NCBI GenBank assembly: GCA_002269645.1
Contig: NIVC01000696.1
Coordinates: 62,001 to 126,000 of the forward strand
Direction: 5' to 3'
Origin: Macrostomum lignano
Taxonomy: Eukaryota
DNA length: 64,000 nt
Under the pieces are notes generated by a model. The model was not told the DNA's origin and did no database searches. It saw only the letters and a list, made by a program, of their open reading frames with translations. The position numbers and the translations under genes were made by a program. Positions within the stretch are counted from its first letter, which is position 1, and each line of letters begins with the position of its first letter. Shown piece after piece: positions 57,495 through 64,000 of the stretch.

Positions 57495-60400
57495 ATGCCA
57501 CTATTGCTGGCGGTGACAGCCTCTCTGCTGCTGACTGTGACGGTCATAGCCCTAGGCTCGTCTTTTCAGTTCGGCTATCAGACTGGCGTAGTGAATGAAG
57601 CCCTGGTGCTCATCGGCAACTATACAGCCTCGGTGGCTTTGAACCGGACAGGCCAGCCAATGTCCGACACGACTATTGAGACTCTCAAATCCGTTGTCGT
57701 GGCAATTTTCCCAGTTGGCGGCATGGTCGGCGGCGTGTCGGCTGGCTATTTAGCTCGCCGTTTGGGCCGCAAAGGCAGCCTGCTGCTCAATAATGTGCCA
57801 ATGATGCTGGGCTCCGGCCTGATGCTGCTGTGCGCCTGGGTGGCCTCCTACGAGCTGCTCATTGTGGGCCGCCTGTTTGCCGGTCTGTCTGCCGGGGTCA
57901 GCACCGGCGTGGCGCCGCTCTACCTGTCCGAGGTGGCGCCGCAGTCGTTGAAAGGCGCCAGCGGAACTTTGAATCAATTGGCTATCGTAATCGCTATTCT
58001 AGTGTCTCAGGTGAGCTTTTGTTATACGGCTGTGAATCCCCGATTTTTCATAGGTTCAGGATTGAAACTTATTAAAAGCTTAAGGCTAGCTGTTGGCTGA
58101 ATCTTCATGAACTGTCAAAACAACTGCCCCAATGGCCAGGTGTGCAACCGACAGCTCAGCCGCAGCTATTGCGCGGCGCATCTGAAGGCTGCGTACGGCT
58201 GTTCAGTCCAAGGACTGGGGGGTCGCCACACACAGCCTCAATTACCCCAGCTAATGCTGGCACCCATTTTATAGCTGGGTGAACTGAAGCAATAATGCAG
58301 AGTTAAGTGTCTTGCTCAAGGACACAAATTGTTCTGGCTGGGTCGAGAATCGAACCCCCAACCTATCAGGATCGTGAGTCCGACGCTCTAACCACTAGGC
58401 TACAGCACCTTAAGGCAGGGTTGGATCACCTTAAAGGGTCAGATAGAGAATCCAGCACATGACTGTGGACTAGGGGAGGGGGGAGGAGAGGGAGTAGAGA
58501 AGAGAGAAGAGAGATAGGAGAAAAGAGAGGTGGGTGAAAAGGAAAAGAGGAGTAGAGGGATGAAATAGGAGAGGGGAGAGGAGAGGAGAGGAAAGGGGGA
58601 GGTTAGAGAAGAGAGCTGAGAACGTGAGAAGAGACAGGCCTTGAGCGGGCCGGATTGCTATTGTGAAGTTTCAAAGACCCGAGGGCCGGAGTTTGCTGAC
58701 CCCTGCTTAAAAGCTTCTGTGCTTTCAGCCGCTACAAACTCGGACTACTCAGAACCCCTTAGCATCAGGTGATGAGCTGTCAAAATCCCTTAGCATCAGG
58801 TAATGAGCTGTCAAAACCCCTTAGCATCAGGTGATGAGCTGTCAAAACCCCTTAGCATCAGGTGATGAACTGTCAAAACCCCTTAGCATCAGGTGATGAA
58901 CTGTCAAACCCCTTAGCATCAGGTGATGAGCTGTCAAAACCCCTTAGCATCGGGTGATGAGCTGTCAAACCCCTTAGCATCAGGTGATGAACTGTCAAAA
59001 TCCCTTAGCATCAGGTGATGAGCTGTCAAAACCCCTTTAGCATCAGGTGATGAACTGTCAAAATCCCTTAGCATCAGGTGATGAGCTGTCAAAATCCCTT
59101 TAGCATCAGGTGATGAACTGTCAAAACCCCTTAGCATCAGGTGATGAGCTGTCAAAACCCCTTTAGCATCAGGTGATGAACTGTCAAAACCCCTTAGCAT
59201 CAGGTGATGAACTGTCAAACCCCTTAGCATCAGGTGATGAGCTGTCAAAACCCCTTAGCATCAGGTGATGAGCTGTCAAAACCCCTTAGCATCGGGTGAT
59301 GAGCTGTCAAAATCCCTTAGCATCAGGTGATGAGCTGTCAAACCCCTTAGCATCAGGTGATGAACTGTCAAACCCCTTAGCATCAGGTGATGAACTGTCA
59401 AACCCCTTAGCATCAGGTGATGAACTGTCAAACCCCTTAGCATCAGGTGATGAGCTGTCAAAACCCCTTTAGCATCAGGTGATGAACTGTCAAAACCCCT
59501 TAGCATCAGGTGATGAACTGTCAAACCCCTTAGCATCAGGTGATGAGCTGTCAAAACCCCTTAGCATCAGGTGATGAGCTGTCAAAACCCCTTAGCATCG
59601 GGTGATGAGCTGTCAAAATCCCTTAGCATCAGGTGATGAGCTGTCAAACCCCTTAGCATCAGGTGATGAACTGTCAAACCCCTTAGCATCAGGTGATGAA
59701 CTGTCAAACCCCTTAGCATCAGGTGATGAACTGTCAAACCCCTTAGCATCAGGTGATGAGCTGTCAAAACCCCTTTAGCATCAGGTGATGAACTGTCAAA
59801 ACCCCTTAGCATCAGGTGATGAACTGTCAAACCCCTTAGCATCAGGTGATGAGCTGTCAAAACCCCTTAGCATCAGGTGATGAGCTGTCAAAACCCCTTA
59901 GCATCGGGTGATGAGCTGTCAAAATCCCTTAGCATCAGGTGATGAGCTGTCAAACCCCTTAGCATCAGGTGATGAACTGTCAAACCCCTTAGCATCAGGT
60001 GATGAACTGTCAAACCCCTTAGCATCAGGTGATGAACTGTCAAACCCCTTAGCATCAGGTGATGAGCTGTCAAAACCCCTTTAGCATCAGGTGATGAACT
60101 GTCAAAACCCCTTAGCATCAGGTGATGAACTGTCAAACCCCTTAGCATCAGGTGATGAGCTGTCAAAACCCCTTAGCATCAGGTGATGAGCTGTCAAAAC
60201 CCCTTAGCATCGGGTGATGAGCTGTCAAAATCCCTTAGCATCAGGTGATGAGCTGTCAAACCCCTTAGCATCAGGTGATGAACTGTCAAACCCCTTAGCA
60301 TCAGGTGATGAACTGTCAAACCCCTTAGCATCAGGTGATGAACTGTCAAACCCCTTAGCATCAGGTGATGAGCTGTCAAAATCCCTTAGCATCAGGTGAT

Positions 60401-62889
60401 GAGCTGTCAAAATCCCTTAGCCTCAGGTGATGAGCTGTCAAAATCCCTTAGCATCAGGTGATGAGCTGTCAAAATCCCTTAGCATCAGGTGATGAGCTGT
60501 CAAACCCCTTAGCATCAGGTGATGAGCTGTCAAACCCCTTAGCATCAGGTGATGAACTGTCAAACCCCCTTAGCATCAGGTGATGAGCTGTCAAAACCCC
60601 TTTAGCATCAGGTGATGAACTGTCAAAACCCCTTAGCATCAGGTGATGAACTGTCAAACCCCTTAGCATCAGGTGATGAGCTGTCAAAACCCCTTAGCAT
60701 CAGGTGATGAGCTGTCAAAACCCCTTAGCATCGGGTGATGAGCTGTCAAAATCCCTTAGCATCAGGTGATGAGCTGTCAAACCCCTTAGCATCAGGTGAT
60801 GAACTGTCAAACCCCTTAGCATCAGGTGATGAACTGTCAAACCCCTTAGCATCAGGTGATGAGCTGTCAAAATCCCTTAGCATCAGGTGATGAGCTGTCA
60901 AAATCCCTTAGCCTCAGGTGATGAGCTGTCAAAATCCCTTAGCATCAGGTGATGAACTGTCAAAATCCCGCAGCTTCTCGGCCTGGACTTCGTCCTGGGC
61001 ACGCCTGACCGCTGGTTCTACCTGATGAGCCTGACTCTGCTGCCCAGCTGCCTGCAGCTGCTGGTGCTGCCATTCTGCCCCGAGAGTCCGCGCCACCTGC
61101 TGCTGGACAAATCCGACAGCCGGCTCGCCCGGTCCGCTCTTGTCCAACTGCGCGGCGAGAGCTCCGAGGTTGATGAGGAACTGTCCGAGCTGGCCAGAGA
61201 GGCCGACCCGCCGCCGGAGCCCATGAGTCTCCGCAAGCTGTTGTGCACGCCTCACCTGCGCTACCTACTGCTAGTAGCCTGTGCTATGCAGCTGTCCCAG
61301 CAGCTGTCCGGCATCAATGCCGTTATCAACTACTCCACTGAGATATTCTTATCGGCCAATATGACCCAGAAGACGGCTACTTATGCCACTATTGGCATCG
61401 GCTGCGTCAACGTACTGGTCACCTTTGTCAGCGCTGCTATTGTTGATAAGGCCGGCCGGCGCACTCTGCATATGTGCGGCTTAGCCGGAATGTGCCTATC
61501 GGCCGGTGCGCTTACAGTCTCCTTGGTGCTGCATCACAACTTTCAGCCGGTTGTATACAGCTGCGTAGCCTTCATCTATATCTACGTTGTGTTCTTCGCT
61601 ATTGGGCCAGGCGCTATACCGTGGTTCATTGTGGCCGAGATGTTCAACCAGGCCGCCCGGCCGGTTGCTGTTAGCGTGGCCGTGCTGGTTAACTGGGCCG
61701 GACAGATCCTTATTGGCATGGGCTATCCACCTGTTCTGGTGAGCTGCTAGGGCGTGCCTGGAGCAAATATCGCTTGTGTGCGAATGTATTAATAGGGTTT
61801 AGGTGGCACCTCAGAATGGGTGAGATTCTGAGTGACATCTCATATGGGTAGGTGAGACTCTCAGTTGCATCTCATATGGGTAGGTGAGACTCTCAGTTGC
61901 ATCCCATATGGGTAGGTGAGACTCTCAGTTGCATCCCATATGGGTAGGTGAGACTCTCAGTTGCATCCCATATGGGTAGGTGAGACCCTCAGTTGCATCT
62001 CATATGGGTAGGTGAGACTCTCAGTTGCATCTCATATGGGTAGGTGAGACCCTCAGTTGCATCTCATATGGGTAGGTGAGACCCTCAGTTGCATCTCATA
62101 TGGGTAGGTGAGACTCTCAGTTGCATCTCATATGGGTAGGTGAGACTCTCAGTTGCATCTCATATGGGTAGGTGAGACTCTCAGTTGCATCCCATATGGG
62201 TAGGTGAGACTCTCAGTTGCATCCCATGTGGGTAGGTGAGACTCTCAGTTGCATCCCATATGGGTAGGTGAGACTCTCAGTTGCATCTCATATGGGTAGG
62301 TGAGACTCTCAGTTGCATCTCATATGGGTAGGTGAGACTCTCAGTTGCATCCCATATGGGTAGGTGAGACTCTCAGTTGCATCCCATGTGGGTAGGTGAG
62401 ACTCTCAGTTGCATCCCATATGGGTAGGTGAGACTCTCAGTTGCATCTCATATGGGTAGGTGAGACTCTCAGTTGCATCCCATATGGGTAGGTGAGACTC
62501 TCAGTTGCATCCCATATGGGTAGGTTCTAAGTATCATCTGAGTAACAGCAGATTTTGAGTTGCATGTCATGGGTAAGAGTTTGAGCATGTAAAATAGATG
62601 TTGAGTAGTATCTTTTGAGTGAATGTAGCTCTACACAATGCTCTCATGTCAGTCAGTGACTGCGATTCAAACAGACCCACCAACCCTGCCATTTTGCCCA
62701 CCGCAGGCCCAGCTAAAGGACTACTCATTCCTGCCGTTCGTGTTTCTCCTGCTCGTGTTCTTCCTGTTCACCTGGTTCTTCGTGCCAGAGACGAAAGGCC
62801 GCACACCTGAGGACGTCGAAATGGTGGCCAGAGAGCGGACTGGCACTGTTCAGTATGAGAGCATTAACCCTGACCTAGATACGGACTAA
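57495..62889 (+). CDS. SLC2A: Facilitated glucose transporter (GLUT/SLC2A class I-like MFS sugar porter)
   Basis: Exons 57495-58010, 60974-61738 and 62707-62889, both introns phase 0 GT-AG. Motifs FQFGYQTGVVN, LGRK, YLSEVAP, PESPR, QQLSGINAVINYS, DKAGRR, GPGAIPW and PETKG. Confidence 0.96.
58128..58410 (-). mobile_element. tRNA-derived SINE, group 1, full length, in GLUT intron 1
   Basis: The reverse strand has A-box TAGCCTAGTGGTTAGA, B-box GGTTCGATTC and the same core and 3' domain as 20427-20750. Confidence 0.85.
58416..58705. mobile_element. hAT/Charlie-like MITE with internal polypurine tract
   Basis: Starts CAGGGTTGG and ends GAGGGCCGGAGTTTGCTGACCCCTG (a Charlie-type end). The left part is homologous to 37930-37975. 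No clean TSD. Confidence 0.55.
58753..60970. repeat. 30-32-bp satellite (AACCCCTTAGCATCAGGTGATGA[G/A]CTGTCAA), about 72 units, in GLUT intron 1
   Basis: Directly visible, with a 306-bp higher-order period. Confidence 0.98.
61820..62525. repeat. 32-bp minisatellite (C[T/C]CATATGGGTAGGTGAGACTCTCAGTTGCAT), about 22 units, in GLUT intron 2
   Basis: Directly visible. Confidence 0.98.
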
Positions 62890-63084
62890 TGCTGAATGCT
62901 GATTGAAATCGCTCTCATAAACAGTTACAGTTTTACGCTATTCCCCTGTCTTGATCCGGTACAATACGGTTATTTTACAATATTGTGTATTAGAAGTTTA
63001 ATATAAAACGCCTGGATAGTAGTGTATTTGGAACATTGTCACATTTGTAAAGACGCTAGACCTTTTATTTGGTTCTAAAGCTGA

Positions 63085-63550
63085 CTGTCCAGGGTGCTGC
63101 TGTAGGCTGTTCAGTGTGCTGTCCAGTGGACTGTCCAGTGTGCTTTCCAGTGTGCTGCTGTGTGCTGTCCAGTGTGCTTTCCATTGTGCTGCTGTGTGCT
63201 GTCCAGTGTGCTTTCCAGTGTGCTGCTGTGTGCTGTCCAGTGTGCAGTCGGGTGGGCTGTCCGGTGGGCTGTCCAGTGGACTGTCCAGTCGCTTTCCAGT
63301 GGGCTGTGCTGTGTGCAGTCGAGTGGGCTGTCCGGTGGGCTGTCCAGTGGGCTGTCCGGTGGGCTGTCCAGTGGGCTGTGCTGTGTGCTGCTGTGTGCTG
63401 TCCAGTGTGCTGCTGTGTGCTGTCCAGTGTGCTGCTGTGTGCTGTCCAGTGGGCTGTCCGGTGTGCTGTCCAGTGTGCTGCTGTGCTGTCCATGGGCTGT
63501 CCGGATGGCTGTGCCTGTGCAGTCGGCTGTTCAGTGGGCTGTGCAGTGGG
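63085..63550. repeat. Degenerate roughly 12-bp repeat (TGTGCTGTCCAG / TGGGCTGTCCGG family)
   Basis: Directly visible downstream of the GLUT 3' end. The ORFs across it are repeat translations. Confidence 0.9.
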
Positions 63551-64000
63551 CCAGGACTGATTTTAGTTAGTTAACTAATAATAAGTGCTATTTCAGAGTG
63601 TGAATGTTGAATGTGTGAATGTGTGTTGAATGTGTGAGTGTGAATGCTTAGATCGCAATACAGTAGTACCCCTACGGCATACTTCGCGCGTTCCATATTT
63701 GACCGCCACACTTTTCAGAAAGACAAGTTTTTCCACTTTTTATTCCTGTATCTGGCTTGTCCAATACTTAATCTGTCATTTCGCTTTGATTGTAAGCTGT
63801 AAGATTGATTGCCATACTCCACAGTCTAAATATACTACTTTAAGCGGAGAATTTTGTCATTATTTAAATTTATTTTTTCTCAAAACTTATCCAGCCTCCG
63901 TTGATCTCTAATTAGTAATTTGCTTATTTTGCTAGATCATGAATTCCAAGTTTCTTCGTTGCACCTCTTAGTTGTACTTGCAGTAGGCTGTATTGAGTAT

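Noticed and set aside
58934-60687. Repeated HHLMLRG / DSSSPDAKG ORFs
   Set aside because: Antisense translations of the satellite with frequent frame switches.
58753-62525. Regular 30-32-bp repeats with internal palindromes as a possible CRISPR array
   Set aside because: Units are head-to-tail with no unique spacers, there are no cas genes, and they lie inside introns of a eukaryotic gene.
63065-63574. Cys-rich ORFs resembling keratin-associated or metallothionein-like proteins
   Set aside because: All three plus frames and one minus frame are open because the repeat lacks stop codons. Non-ATG starts, no signal peptide or polyadenylation support.

Overview
Eukaryotic (animal) genomic DNA with spliceosomal GT-AG introns, GC-rich exons in an AT-rich background and a heavy load of repeats. 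The style (compact genes, poly-Gln linkers, minisatellite-filled introns, 3' splice-acceptor-like AGs just before start codons) suggests a free-living flatworm such as Macrostomum; this is an unverified inference. Host genes: three unrelated rhodopsin-class GPCRs (10.5-24.2 kb), an odd-skipped/Osr C2H2 factor, a DUSP22/15-like protein with a dead active site, gamma-butyrobetaine dioxygenase (BBOX1), then five co-oriented, closely spaced genes (ATP synthase subunit c, mitochondrial MDH2, two intronless Lifeguard/TMBIM paralogues, a GLUT-type sugar transporter). A candidate small secreted 6-Cys peptide gene lies at 3.6-3.9 kb. Mobile DNA: a BEL/Pao remnant, four non-LTR 3' fragments, two tRNA-derived SINE groups, several MITEs, a decayed intron-containing hAT transposase with a Crypton-like fragment inside it, and a second Crypton-like remnant. 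At least nine tandem arrays with 5-59 bp units are present. I found no CRISPR array, rRNA or intact tRNA. All exon models were read by eye, and family calls rest on recalled motifs, not database searches.
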